A stretch of DNA of 57,115 nucleotides from an uncultured Candidatus Saccharibacteria bacterium (GCA_964477805.1 CAYZEK010000002.1:1-57115), one strand, 5' to 3'. Shown: positions 20,784 through 29,771, counted from the stretch's first letter. Notes: generated by a model not told the origin, from the letters alone. Numbers and translations are program-made.

Positions 20784-21041
20784 ATGGAAACGGAAAGCGC
20801 AGAGTTTTTGTTGACTGAACAAAAATATCAAGAAATCCGCAATAGTTATCAAAAGCTGTTGCTGGAATCTATGGAAACAAGCCGAAGGGAAGATTTGACG
20901 ATTCAAGAAATTGTCTCAAAAGCTCTAAGTTTTAGGGGATCGTCCGAAATGCAACTTAAACTTGGCATCACCGAAGCCGAGTTTAAGGAATTTTGTTGGC
21001 GACGAGACGAGGAGGTTTTAGCAGAAATCCACGCCAGCTAG
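20784..21041 (+). CDS. Hypothetical 85-aa helical protein, stand-alone plus-strand cassette
   Basis: Own promoter, GAGGAG Shine-Dalgarno 7 nt upstream, own terminator; no motif recognised. Confidence 0.5.
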   Translation: METESAEFLLTEQKYQEIRNSYQKLLLESMETSRREDLTIQEIVSKALSFRGSSEMQLKLGITEAEFKEFCWRRDEEVLAEIHAS

Positions 21042-21070
21042 CATCTCTTTTGCCAGCTAGCATCTCTTTT
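21033..21070 (+). repeat. Perfect 19-nt tandem duplication (gccagctagcatctctttt x2) spanning the stop codon of the 85-aa gene
   Basis: Copies at 21033-21051 and 21052-21070, read directly. Confidence 0.9.
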
Positions 21071-21076
21071 TGTCGT

Positions 21077-21107
21077 AGAGATTCATCTCCCATGAATCTC
21101 TTTTTTT
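21077..21107 (+). terminator. Rho-independent terminator
   Basis: Stem agagattcat/atgaatctct, loop ctccc, then T7. Confidence 0.8.
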
Positions 21108-21116
21108 ATTATACCA
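21108..21116 (-). promoter_or_regulatory. TGGTATAAT element pointing antisense into the 85-aa gene and toward rpe
   Basis: Plus-strand attatacca directly after the terminator T-run. Confidence 0.35.
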
Positions 21117-21144
21117 GTTTTGGCTGTCGGTGTTGACGGACTAG

Positions 21145-21591
21145 TTATTTTTCTAACAGACTAATTTTTCTGATTCTACGTAAATGACGAGAATCTGTAG
21201 AGTACGCTGTTTTTAACCACACCTTCACTATAGATCCAGCTTCTTTTGTAGTAATGTAATCGCTTGGCAAACACAATACATTAGCCATATCATCATTTCT
21301 ACTCATCTTTGCTTGTCTATCGTTCCAAACCAAAGCTGCGCGAACATGCCGAAACTTATTCGCAACAATACATACCCCCTGACCACTACGACAAATCAAA
21401 ATCCCTAGGTTCTGCATTGGATTCTGCGACACTTTTTTTGCCACTAACTTAGCATAATCAGGATAATCATCACCTACCTTTAAAGTTTTTGCTCCGACAT
21501 CAGTAAATTCAAGTTTTTTTTGTTGCAAAAACTTTTTTAAGGAAGCTTTCAATTTGTAACCACCGTGGTCTGCCCCGATATAAACCATCAT
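21145..21591 (-). CDS. rpiB: Ribose-5-phosphate isomerase B
   Basis: IGADHGGYKLK, LICRSGQGVCIVANK, the RpiB/LacAB pattern. Confidence 0.9.
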   Translation of the reverse strand: MMVYIGADHGGYKLKASLKKFLQQKKLEFTDVGAKTLKVGDDYPDYAKLVAKKVSQNPMQNLGILICRSGQGVCIVANKFRHVRAALVWNDRQAKMSRNDDMANVLCLPSDYITTKEAGSIVKVWLKTAYSTDSRHLRRIRKISLLEK

Positions 21592-21610
21592 AATTTTATT
21601 TATTCATTAT

Positions 21611-22294
21611 TTAAAGCGCAATTATTTTATTAAAATCATCTGCCAATAAGCTAGCGCCACCTATTAACAATCCTGCAATGTGTGGTTGTGCCAAAAAACC
21701 AATGGCATTGGACCCATTAACACTCCCTCCATACAAAACGCGCTTTACACCATATTTTGTACTGATAAATAATGCAACCTGTTCCGCATGATCAGGAGTT
21801 GCTGGGTTTTTAGAACCTATTGCCCATACAGGTTCGTATGCAACTACAACTTTACTAGAATCAATTTCATCTAAGCTTCTTTTTAGTTGTTCCCCTACCA
21901 CATCCATCACCTCAAGCTCGTCCTCTTGTACGGTTGTCCCAAAACCGACACAAAGTATGGGCGTAATTTTATACTCCAATAAAGATTTTATCTTGGCATT
22001 TATCAGCTCATCAGTCTCACCCATCGCGCGACGTTCACTATGCCCAACAATACAGTACTTAACACCCATGCTCGCCAACTGGGCAGGAGAAATCTCTCCG
22101 GTATAGGCACCTTTAATGTGCGGTGAACAATCCTGTGCCCCAACATGTGGATATTCAATACTTTCCAAAAAAGGCATTGGTGGACAAATTACGACATCAT
22201 TTGTGGTGGAAACTTCAATTTTGGACGCCAAAGCCACTGCTTCGGTAACAGTCATTGGATTCAGTTTCCAGTTTCCTACAATTAATTTACGCAT
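21611..22294 (-). CDS. tpiA: Triosephosphate isomerase
   Basis: GNWKLN, IVGHSERR, AYEPVWAIG, YGGSV motifs. Confidence 0.92.
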   Translation of the reverse strand: MRKLIVGNWKLNPMTVTEAVALASKIEVSTTNDVVICPPMPFLESIEYPHVGAQDCSPHIKGAYTGEISPAQLASMGVKYCIVGHSERRAMGETDELINAKIKSLLEYKITPILCVGFGTTVQEDELEVMDVVGEQLKRSLDEIDSSKVVVAYEPVWAIGSKNPATPDHAEQVALFISTKYGVKRVLYGGSVNGSNAIGFLAQPHIAGLLIGGASLLADDFNKIIAL

Positions 22295-22305
22295 ATTTTA
22301 ATATT

Positions 22306-23307
22306 TTAATCTCCTCTGAGAAACTTAGCTGTTTCCTCAGGTGGCATTGGATTCACAGGAATACCTGTTGAATATTCAAATCCCGCCCATATAGTTAGGC
22401 GTGGGAATACTGTTAAGTGCCAATGGTAACTTCCTTCTTCACGCATGGTATGACGATCTTTTTTGACTGGCATAGTATGAATATAAAAATTCAGGGGCGG
22501 ATCAGACAGTTTGGTATACAAAGTTCCGAGCACGCGTTTTACGGTATGGGCTAAATGAGTAATTTCTTTTTCAGAAATATCTTCATAACGAGCAGAATGT
22601 CGTTTAGGCAAAATCCATGTCTCAAAAGGACTACGGGAAGCATAGGCAGAGATTACCATAAAATGATCATCCTCATAAACTAAACGGTCTTTAGCAAGCG
22701 CTTCTTCCTTCATAATATCGCAATAAATACAAACACTATTATCTTGATAATAATGATATGCTCCAGAAATCTCCGCATGAATATGTGGAGGAACCATTGG
22801 TGTTGATAAAATCTGATAATGCGGGTGGACTAAAGACGCACCAGCATCACGACCGTGATTATGAAACACTTGGACATAAGCAGTTTTTTCATCTTTGGAT
22901 AAAGCGATTATCCGATCTTTGAAATTTTGAAAAGATAAAGCAATCAACTGAGCTGACTGCATTGCCACAGGCTCATTGTGCTTACGAGTAACGATTACCT
23001 CATGATCACCATAACCAGATCTCGAATGATAAAAATCTCGGTTAGAGTATATCTTAGCGTGATCTAGTGCTTTATATTTGTTAGGGATCACACGTAACTG
23101 CCAAGCATCATTATTAGGAATCCGACAAACGTCATCACATAAATCAGGATTTTTATTTTCATTTCCAGGACAAAACACACAACTAGGGTCTAGCTCTGGC
23201 AGACCAGACATAACGCTGTAAGTACGAAAATCTTCCGGACGCTTAGCACGACCAGGAGCAATCAATACCCATTGTTTTGTAATTGGATTCTGACGAAATT
23301 CAGACAT
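22306..23307 (-). CDS. galT: Galactose-1-phosphate uridylyltransferase family (HIT superfamily) nucleotidyltransferase
   Basis: CVFCPGNE zinc motif and HPHYQ active-site motif; two half-barrel organisation. Confidence 0.8.
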   Translation of the reverse strand: MSEFRQNPITKQWVLIAPGRAKRPEDFRTYSVMSGLPELDPSCVFCPGNENKNPDLCDDVCRIPNNDAWQLRVIPNKYKALDHAKIYSNRDFYHSRSGYGDHEVIVTRKHNEPVAMQSAQLIALSFQNFKDRIIALSKDEKTAYVQVFHNHGRDAGASLVHPHYQILSTPMVPPHIHAEISGAYHYYQDNSVCIYCDIMKEEALAKDRLVYEDDHFMVISAYASRSPFETWILPKRHSARYEDISEKEITHLAHTVKRVLGTLYTKLSDPPLNFYIHTMPVKKDRHTMREEGSYHWHLTVFPRLTIWAGFEYSTGIPVNPMPPEETAKFLRGD

Positions 23308-23337
23308 TGTGTTTTTTAAAATTTTTTGATTTTCTGT

Positions 23338-23718
23338 CTATTCCTTGATTTTATCAAGATAATTTTGCAGTATAATTTGGGCTGCCAAACTATCAACATT
23401 TTTTTTACCACCTGGTAAATTCTCAGCCATAACGCTAGACAATCGCTCATCCATATATTCAACTGGTATATTCAACTTCTCTTCTAGGGAGTCTGCAAAT
23501 TCCTGCACTCGACGAGTAGTTTCTGTCTGTTCACCAGACATATTCAACGGCAACCCAATGATAATCCGAGTAATGGTTTCAGCCCCTACTAAATCTTCAA
23601 TTTGTTCCCAAAACTCTTTCGGACTCACAATTAGTAATTCACGCGCTAAAGTTAGAGATTCGTCTGAAATTGCTAACCCAACGCGCTTGCTACCATAGTC
23701 AATGCCCAAAATTTTCAT
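23338..23718 (-). CDS. ruvX: Holliday-junction resolvase-like YqgF/RuvX
   Basis: MKILGIDYGSKRVGLAISD, ERLSS motifs; 126 aa. Confidence 0.88.
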   Translation of the reverse strand: MKILGIDYGSKRVGLAISDESLTLARELLIVSPKEFWEQIEDLVGAETITRIIIGLPLNMSGEQTETTRRVQEFADSLEEKLNIPVEYMDERLSSVMAENLPGGKKNVDSLAAQIILQNYLDKIKE

Positions 23719-24944
23719 TAATTAGTCTCTCCCAAAGTTAACGGGATGGTTTTTTCAACGTCGCCACTAAATACTTTCAGCGATATCTTGTCATTTGGTT
23801 TATATTGTTTCAGGACTTGAGGAAGTGGATGATCTTCATTAATTTGTTGGCCATTTACCTCTAAAACAATATCCCCTTCCTTTAGCCCAGCCTTGTCTGC
23901 TGGACTGCCTGGCACCACTGCAAAGTCAGCGGTAGAATCACCCCGAATAAGCAAAGCACCAAAGTCACGTTTTAAATGCATCTGTTCGGCAATGGATTTG
24001 TTTAACAATAAATACCTAACGCCAATAAATGGTCGAACAATCTTACCAACACGCAAGTAGCTATCTAGTGCAACTTTGGCATCATTAGACGGAATAGCAA
24101 AGCCCAACAACTGCCCTTCTCCTGAGACAGCTGTATTCACGCCTATCACCTGCCCAGCAATATTTAGCAATGGTCCGCCAGAATTACCTGGATTAATCGC
24201 AGCATCAGTTTGAATTACGCCCTCTAACTGTTCACGTCCAGTCCTATCTCCTGCTACAATGCTACGCGACAGTCCTGACACAACACCAGTGGTCACCGTA
24301 TTCTGAAATTGGCCAAGCGAATTCCCAATCGCAATAACATGTTGACCTAGCTCTAAGGCACCAGAATCAGCAAATCCCAAATATGGAGCATTGCTAATAT
24401 CTACTTTCACAATTGCTAAGTCATTTGATGGATCTTGCACTAAGACCTTTGCTTCGTATTGCTTGCCGTCTGTTGTAATGACTGTATACTGAGCTCGGCT
24501 ATCGCTTACTACATGTTTATTAGTCAAAATTAAACCATCCGCACTGACAAAGAAGCCGGTTCCAGCACCAATCTGTTGGATACTCGACCCAGACTGATTA
24601 TCTTGTTGCCCAAAAAATGGAAATGCATTTGCCACGTCTTTGGAAATCACTATGGACACCACTGCTGGGCTAGTTTTCTTTACTACTTCTGTAATGGCCG
24701 AGTCCTCATTCAAAATTATACTTTGATTCAAAGCTTGGTTATTACTAGCAACTCCTGCGTGATTGAATAGTTTTTGAAAGCCTGGTCGATTCGTTAAATT
24801 CAAAGCACCATAAACTCCGCCGGCCATTCCAGCAATCAAACTCACAACAATAATAATCAACAATATTAATTTTTGTGAAATTGGTTTCTGGTCAGAAAAT
24901 TTATCCTCCTTCAAATCATTCATGTCATTATTTATTTCTACCAT
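23718..24944 (-). CDS. htrA: HtrA/DegP-family serine protease with PDZ domain
   Basis: N-terminal TM, TNKHV, DLAIVKV, GNSGGPL catalytic triad contexts, C-terminal PDZ (GDIVLEVNG). Confidence 0.9.
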   Translation of the reverse strand: MVEINNDMNDLKEDKFSDQKPISQKLILLIIIVVSLIAGMAGGVYGALNLTNRPGFQKLFNHAGVASNNQALNQSIILNEDSAITEVVKKTSPAVVSIVISKDVANAFPFFGQQDNQSGSSIQQIGAGTGFFVSADGLILTNKHVVSDSRAQYTVITTDGKQYEAKVLVQDPSNDLAIVKVDISNAPYLGFADSGALELGQHVIAIGNSLGQFQNTVTTGVVSGLSRSIVAGDRTGREQLEGVIQTDAAINPGNSGGPLLNIAGQVIGVNTAVSGEGQLLGFAIPSNDAKVALDSYLRVGKIVRPFIGVRYLLLNKSIAEQMHLKRDFGALLIRGDSTADFAVVPGSPADKAGLKEGDIVLEVNGQQINEDHPLPQVLKQYKPNDKISLKVFSGDVEKTIPLTLGETN

Positions 24945-24969
24945 ATATTTTACTGAATTTATCTAACTA

Positions 24970-24978
24970 ATTATACCA
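24970..24978 (-). promoter_or_regulatory. Extended -10 element TGGTATAAT upstream of htrA
   Basis: Plus-strand attatacca, 25 nt upstream of ATG 24944. Confidence 0.5.
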
Positions 24979-24987
24979 TATTTAAAT

Positions 24988-25008
24988 ACCCCAGTTTTTC
25001 ACTGGGGT
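24988..25008 (-). terminator. Hairpin after the 554-aa gene (probable terminator)
   Basis: Stem accccagt/actggggt, loop ttttc; the T/A-rich tail is imperfect. Confidence 0.5.
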
Positions 25009-25018
25009 AAAACGTTAA

Positions 25019-26683
25019 TTATCTAGGATTAAATGGGGGCGTTGTTGGAGTTGTTGTGCCAGTTGTTTGAGTTCCTGTACTTGGAGTACCAGTGCTTGAG
25101 GTGCCGGAAGGTGTTTCGTACTCCGAAGTCGGCAATGCAGCAATTGGTTTCATCTTGGGAGTTCTTAAGCAAACATTTTGCTCCGCAATCACACCAATTC
25201 CCCCACCGCTCGATGATCCACCGCCAATAGGTGTGAACACAAATTTATTCACCAAACTTTCAACAACAGTGGCCACTAATTGACTAACTGCATTCTCAGT
25301 GTTATTTGTGCCTAAATTGATTGTGCCACTGATGGCTGCCTCTTGGACATTAAAAATTGAAGACATGGTTTTCTTAATCTGTCCATCAACTAAATCACGT
25401 CCGCTCTTTAAACCAGGACTCAAAACTTCTTTTGATGCTGCTGATTCTGCCTCTCGTTGCGTTTGCGCTGCCAAACTAGTATAGTAATCTTCCCACCAAC
25501 CAGCATAATTCTTTTCATCGCCACCTAACCGGGCTAACTTATTCAAATATTGTGGGTCAGACGGATCAATAACAATATCTGTCCCCTGATTCGTTTGTGC
25601 CTTGGCTGTGAAAATCTGTTTGAGCTCATTCCCCGAAGGGTTAATGCAGAAATACTGTGGTAAAAACTTCTGAATAATGTCTTGATCAACTGGGTCAGCG
25701 ACGAATTTTTTCATATACTCTACCGAGTAAAATCTACCTAAATCCTGAGAATAATATAGTTGACTGGCAATCGCAAAACTCTTTTCAATATGCCCAACTA
25801 ATTTATCAAGCATGTTAATAGCAAACTTAGAAAATGCGCGAGCCAAACCAACTTCTATCCCATACCGCACGACAGCCTGAACATCCATCACTGGCCATTG
25901 GGCATTAGCGGTTTTAATTAATCCAAAATTTTGATTGCTGGAAGCAAACTCTCCTGGGATTGGAACGTTTAACGCATACTCCTTGTTAATTTTCGTGTAC
26001 TCTTTATTAGCAGTTGCTAATTGGTTATTTATCACAGCATAAGAAGTGTAAACCTTTGACCAAGGATCAAGATTTGTCCCTTTTGCGTAATCATTTGCAG
26101 TTCCTAAAAATGAACTGTATGCATCATATGCCACCAAATAAGCTTTGTGTAGGCTTATCGCCTCTTGCGGTACAGGTAAACCACGAATATTCGTAGCTAA
26201 CAACTTCGTGCGTTCAACTGCTGAGGTAATTTGCGCAGTGTCTGGATTGTCGCCGAAAGTTTGTGATAAACCCGGCTCAGCTTCTGTGTTGTAGTTACTT
26301 ATTGCTGAACCCAGCTTATTTATATAATTAACCATGGCTGATCGATCATTCCGAGGATTGATAGTCAATTCACTATCAGCAATCTTTGGAATCACAATAG
26401 TCTGGTTAACATCCAAAGAACTATTTACCTCTTTACGCACCAAGTCCTCAGTAGCAATTTTTTCTAACAACTGCTGACTGGCTGTATAATCTGGTTGCAC
26501 GCTTGCTAACAAAGCCTCATATCGCTTGGTCTCATCCATAGCTACCTGGCGTTGAGCATCATAATCCGTATTATCATGAAAAACAAAAGCACCAGGATCG
26601 ATAACTGTTACTGTGACCAAAATTGCCACCATAACGAAAATCAAACCTATTAAATATTTTCGGGGAACGTTTTGAAAATTCAT
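25019..26683 (-). CDS. Hypothetical membrane-anchored 554-aa protein with Gly-rich and Thr/Pro-rich C-terminal tail
   Basis: N-terminal TM (LIGLIFVMVAILVTVTVI); ends ...GGGSSSGGG...TPSGTSSTGTPSTGTQTTGTTTPTTPP; no motif recognised. Confidence 0.55.
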   Translation of the reverse strand: MNFQNVPRKYLIGLIFVMVAILVTVTVIDPGAFVFHDNTDYDAQRQVAMDETKRYEALLASVQPDYTASQQLLEKIATEDLVRKEVNSSLDVNQTIVIPKIADSELTINPRNDRSAMVNYINKLGSAISNYNTEAEPGLSQTFGDNPDTAQITSAVERTKLLATNIRGLPVPQEAISLHKAYLVAYDAYSSFLGTANDYAKGTNLDPWSKVYTSYAVINNQLATANKEYTKINKEYALNVPIPGEFASSNQNFGLIKTANAQWPVMDVQAVVRYGIEVGLARAFSKFAINMLDKLVGHIEKSFAIASQLYYSQDLGRFYSVEYMKKFVADPVDQDIIQKFLPQYFCINPSGNELKQIFTAKAQTNQGTDIVIDPSDPQYLNKLARLGGDEKNYAGWWEDYYTSLAAQTQREAESAASKEVLSPGLKSGRDLVDGQIKKTMSSIFNVQEAAISGTINLGTNNTENAVSQLVATVVESLVNKFVFTPIGGGSSSGGGIGVIAEQNVCLRTPKMKPIAALPTSEYETPSGTSSTGTPSTGTQTTGTTTPTTPPFNPR

Positions 26684-26752
26684 ATTTATTTTAATTTTCT
26701 CACCGATTGGGTGATAAATTTTAAGTTAATTTTTATTTCCTAAAAAGAAGTA

Positions 26753-28360
26753 CTATTCAACAAGTTCTCCACCGAATACCTTTAAGGCATCATTTATTGA
26801 GTCAACGGTTTGAGCAATACTAGACACTTTTATATCAGTTCTAATTACTGATCTTAGAACCAGATTCTTTCCACTTACAGCGGATATAGTTTCGGTAATT
26901 AACGCATTGTGTTTCTTATTGTCTAAATGCTCTTTGTGGAAGAGATATTTCACTGCTACTGTAATTCTACCATTTAAAACTTCAGTCACTGGGGAATTCT
27001 TCAACAATGTCGCAATTGGGCTATTTTTAGCCCTAATTCGATTAATAACGTCTGGCCACCATAATTTAATTTCCTCAATAGTAACATCAATATTTCCACT
27101 ATTAGTCTGCTTATCTACAATAGCGCTAGAAGCCATAACAGTATCTGAGTCTTTAGTAGCATCTGAGTCTTTAGTGGCATCAGAGCTAGTTGTATGACCA
27201 AGATCCGACTCAGCTGACAATGGTTCAGCTGACAATGGTTCAGCTGACAATGGCTGTATGTGTTGCGATTGCTGGTGATGAGTGGTTTTTGGTTCAACGT
27301 CATGCAACGCCGCTTCTACCGAAGCCAAAAGTAAGGGTAGATCCGGAGAAGGCGCTTCTGATAATTCTTTGTACGACCGTAAAAATAACCGAACTACAAA
27401 TAGTAATTTCTGGACTGATAGCGACTGAACATGCGTGTTAAATACAGCATCATCCTTGTGACTATTCATCTGCCCAGTTAGTTTTGCATTCAAAATTTCT
27501 CTCAAGTATTCTAAAATACTACGATTTAACACTGCCACATCTACGCCACTAGCTACCATTGATTCAAAAAAATCTGGCAAACCAGTTGCTTCATTAGTCG
27601 TAATTTTCGTAATCAAAGTTTGGACAATCTCAACCGGAGCGACACCTAACAACTGCTGAGCATCCTCTAAAGTGATTTTTTCGCCCAAAGAAATAACCAT
27701 ATTTAACCGCGACAATGCGTCGCGCATACTCCCATCAGACTGGGCGATAACTGCTTCAATCACTCCATCAGAAAGCTTTAATTTTTGATCTTTTGCGATC
27801 AACTCTAAAGCTTTAGTCATATCTACTGAATTGATTCGCTTAAAATCATACCGCTGAGTACGAGATATAATTGTTTCTGGAACTTTATCAATATCTGTTG
27901 TAGCCAAAATAAACATCACATGTTCAGGTGGTTCTTCTAGAGTTTTAAGCAGTGCATTAAAAGCCGCTTTGGAAAGCATGTGAATTTCATCTATTATGAA
28001 CACTTTTGTCTTCATAACTGTTGGGCGAAATTGCGCATGCTCGATGAGCTCACGGACATTATCTACCCCCGTATGCGATGCGGCATCTATTTCTATAATG
28101 TCCAGCGAACTTCCATTGGCAATAGCGGTGCAAACCTCACACTTACCACACGGATCGCCATTATTAAGATTCTGACAGTTTACTGCCTTTGCTAGTACGC
28201 GAGCAATTGTAGTCTTACCGACCCCACGACTACCAGTAAATAAATACGCATGGGCTAATTCCCTATTTTTAGAAGCATTCAATAAAGTCCTGGTTATTGA
28301 GCCTTGCCCTACTACCTCAGCAAATGTTCGTGGTCGATATTTTTGATATAGCACTGCCAT
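26753..28360 (-). CDS. dnaX: DNA polymerase III subunit gamma/tau
   Basis: YRPRTFAEVVGQ, GSRGVGKTT, zinc module CGKCEVC, IIDEIHML, SRTQRY. ATG 28360 is preferred because the track ATG at 28405 lies in the loop of the upstream terminator hairpin. Confidence 0.9.
   Translation of the reverse strand: MAVLYQKYRPRTFAEVVGQGSITRTLLNASKNRELAHAYLFTGSRGVGKTTIARVLAKAVNCQNLNNGDPCGKCEVCTAIANGSSLDIIEIDAASHTGVDNVRELIEHAQFRPTVMKTKVFIIDEIHMLSKAAFNALLKTLEEPPEHVMFILATTDIDKVPETIISRTQRYDFKRINSVDMTKALELIAKDQKLKLSDGVIEAVIAQSDGSMRDALSRLNMVISLGEKITLEDAQQLLGVAPVEIVQTLITKITTNEATGLPDFFESMVASGVDVAVLNRSILEYLREILNAKLTGQMNSHKDDAVFNTHVQSLSVQKLLFVVRLFLRSYKELSEAPSPDLPLLLASVEAALHDVEPKTTHHQQSQHIQPLSAEPLSAEPLSAESDLGHTTSSDATKDSDATKDSDTVMASSAIVDKQTNSGNIDVTIEEIKLWWPDVINRIRAKNSPIATLLKNSPVTEVLNGRITVAVKYLFHKEHLDNKKHNALITETISAVSGKNLVLRSVIRTDIKVSSIAQTVDSINDALKVFGGELVE
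27143..27178 (-). repeat. In-frame 18-nt tandem repeat x2 inside dnaX (DATKDS x2)
   Basis: atctgagtctttagtagc / atctgagtctttagtggc. Confidence 0.9.
27210..27254 (-). repeat. In-frame 15-nt tandem repeat x3 inside dnaX (PLSAE x3)
   Basis: tcagctgacaatggt x2, then tcagctgacaatggc. Confidence 0.9.
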
Positions 28361-28369
28361 AATATAGTC

Positions 28370-28378
28370 ATTATACCA
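28370..28378 (-). promoter_or_regulatory. TGGTATAAT with the -10 hexamer 9 nt upstream of the dnaX ATG (possible leaderless start)
   Basis: Minus strand reads ctatggTATAATgactatattATG. Confidence 0.5.
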
Positions 28379-28391
28379 TAGCGATTCAACT

Positions 28392-28419
28392 AAAAAACCG
28401 CTCATGATTGAGCGGTTTT
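28392..28419 (-). terminator. Rho-independent terminator after the GtrA-like gene
   Basis: Minus strand: aaaaccgctc-aatcat-gagcggtttt followed by tt. Confidence 0.75.
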
Positions 28420-28426
28420 CTGAATC

Positions 28427-29098
28427 CTAACGTTTAAATACCACAAGCTTATACCCAACGAAGTTCCAAATTAACGAAAACGCAGTTGCGAGTATTTTAG
28501 CAACATTTTTAATCGTATCAACGTTAACGTAATCCTGTAATCCAGGAGTGATAAATTTAGTAGCGATGACAACAATGGTACTATTTATTGCCAAGCCAAT
28601 CAAACTGATAATTAAGAAACTGGTAAATTGCGTACCAGCCCCTTGACCAGCTCCAAATGACAACTGAAACGCATTCCATAGAAGCAGTTCAGTAATAATA
28701 AAAGCCACTAGAATCATCAAAAAGTAAATATTTGAAGCGTCATATGCGGCGCCAATGACGACACCAGCAAAAGCCGCGAAACCCAAACCACCTACCATTA
28801 TTAAACGCAAAGCATTTTGGAATAAACTCACACCACTACCTTCGGAAAAGGTCCACGCACGATTCCAAACATAACTTTGAATTATTGCAGCGCTAAAACT
28901 AATGATATTAAGCATTCCCAAGGTCAGCCCAGAAGTTACATCAAACGACTTTGTGACAAAATTAAGAATAACAAAATCTAATGCAGTATTAAGACTACCG
29001 ATAGCGGCAAATCGTAACAGTTGAATAATCACGGGTCTTGAACGGAGTATTGTTGTAATACGACCATTCAACGAGTTAGGTGCCATTGTTTCTATCAC
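28427..29098 (-). CDS. GtrA-like polytopic membrane protein
   Basis: RFAAIGSLNTALDFVILNF N-terminal signature, multiple TMs, WNFVGYKLVVF C-terminal signature; GTG start. Confidence 0.7.
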   Translation of the reverse strand: MIETMAPNSLNGRITTILRSRPVIIQLLRFAAIGSLNTALDFVILNFVTKSFDVTSGLTLGMLNIISFSAAIIQSYVWNRAWTFSEGSGVSLFQNALRLIMVGGLGFAAFAGVVIGAAYDASNIYFLMILVAFIITELLLWNAFQLSFGAGQGAGTQFTSFLIISLIGLAINSTIVVIATKFITPGLQDYVNVDTIKNVAKILATAFSLIWNFVGYKLVVFKR

Positions 29099-29117
29099 AA
29101 TATATCTAAATTAAAAA

Positions 29118-29771
29118 TTAAAATTCTTCTTGAGGTTCTTCTACAGTAGATGAAAACACGCTCGGAGCTTCTACATCTTGATGCATATCACTGCTCAAAT
29201 CATCGCTGGCTTCTGTGTCTGCATGCCCAGCGCCACGCTTAATAACATGTTCAACCGCGGCCCAATCAGAATCAGTCTCCTGTGGAAGTACAATCGTAAC
29301 TTCATCTCCAGCTTCTGCTTTAAAATAAGTTAATGATGCTAATAAAACTTTGTAAGCTTTCCCATCTGCCAAAACTTTATAATCACCTTTTTCATCCTGC
29401 ATCAAAAGACCCATCACTTTGCGACGCTCCACAGGACTAATTTGCTTATATATAAATGAGCCATCTTCAGCAATGGTTAGTTTTAGCATATCGCCTTCCA
29501 CTAGCTTACTTTTTGAAGCATAATTTGCTGGTACTGGATACTGCTTCCCTTCTGGCCCGATCATGTTCTGTCCATCAAAAACACCTTCAATCACCTTATC
29601 ACCGTACGAAGAAGCCATAGTGCTAGCTTTTTCAAATACTGCACTTGAGCCATTAGAGCGAGGCGCAACCATCGCCCCACCTTCTCTAAGTAATTGCTTG
29701 GCCGATTGAATATTTTTTTCTGCCGCATCAATCATTTGCATAACTAATGCTAAATTAGCTGATTTGTCCAT
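29118..29771 (-). CDS. Hypothetical soluble 217-aa protein with acidic C-terminus
   Basis: ORF with a TGGTATAAT element upstream; no motif recognised. Confidence 0.55.
   Translation of the reverse strand: MDKSANLALVMQMIDAAEKNIQSAKQLLREGGAMVAPRSNGSSAVFEKASTMASSYGDKVIEGVFDGQNMIGPEGKQYPVPANYASKSKLVEGDMLKLTIAEDGSFIYKQISPVERRKVMGLLMQDEKGDYKVLADGKAYKVLLASLTYFKAEAGDEVTIVLPQETDSDWAAVEHVIKRGAGHADTEASDDLSSDMHQDVEAPSVFSSTVEEPQEEF

Noticed and set aside
27143-27254. Possible CRISPR-like short repeats
   Set aside because: The repeats are directly tandem with no spacers, lie in frame inside dnaX and are only 15-18 nt long. I saw no repeat-spacer array and no cas gene anywhere in the window.
28361-28405. 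Longer dnaX ORF starting at ATG 28405 as given in the track
   Set aside because: That ATG lies in the loop of the GtrA-gene terminator hairpin and upstream of the TGGTATAAT element. The conserved N-terminus (YQKYRPRTFAEV) begins right after ATG 28360.
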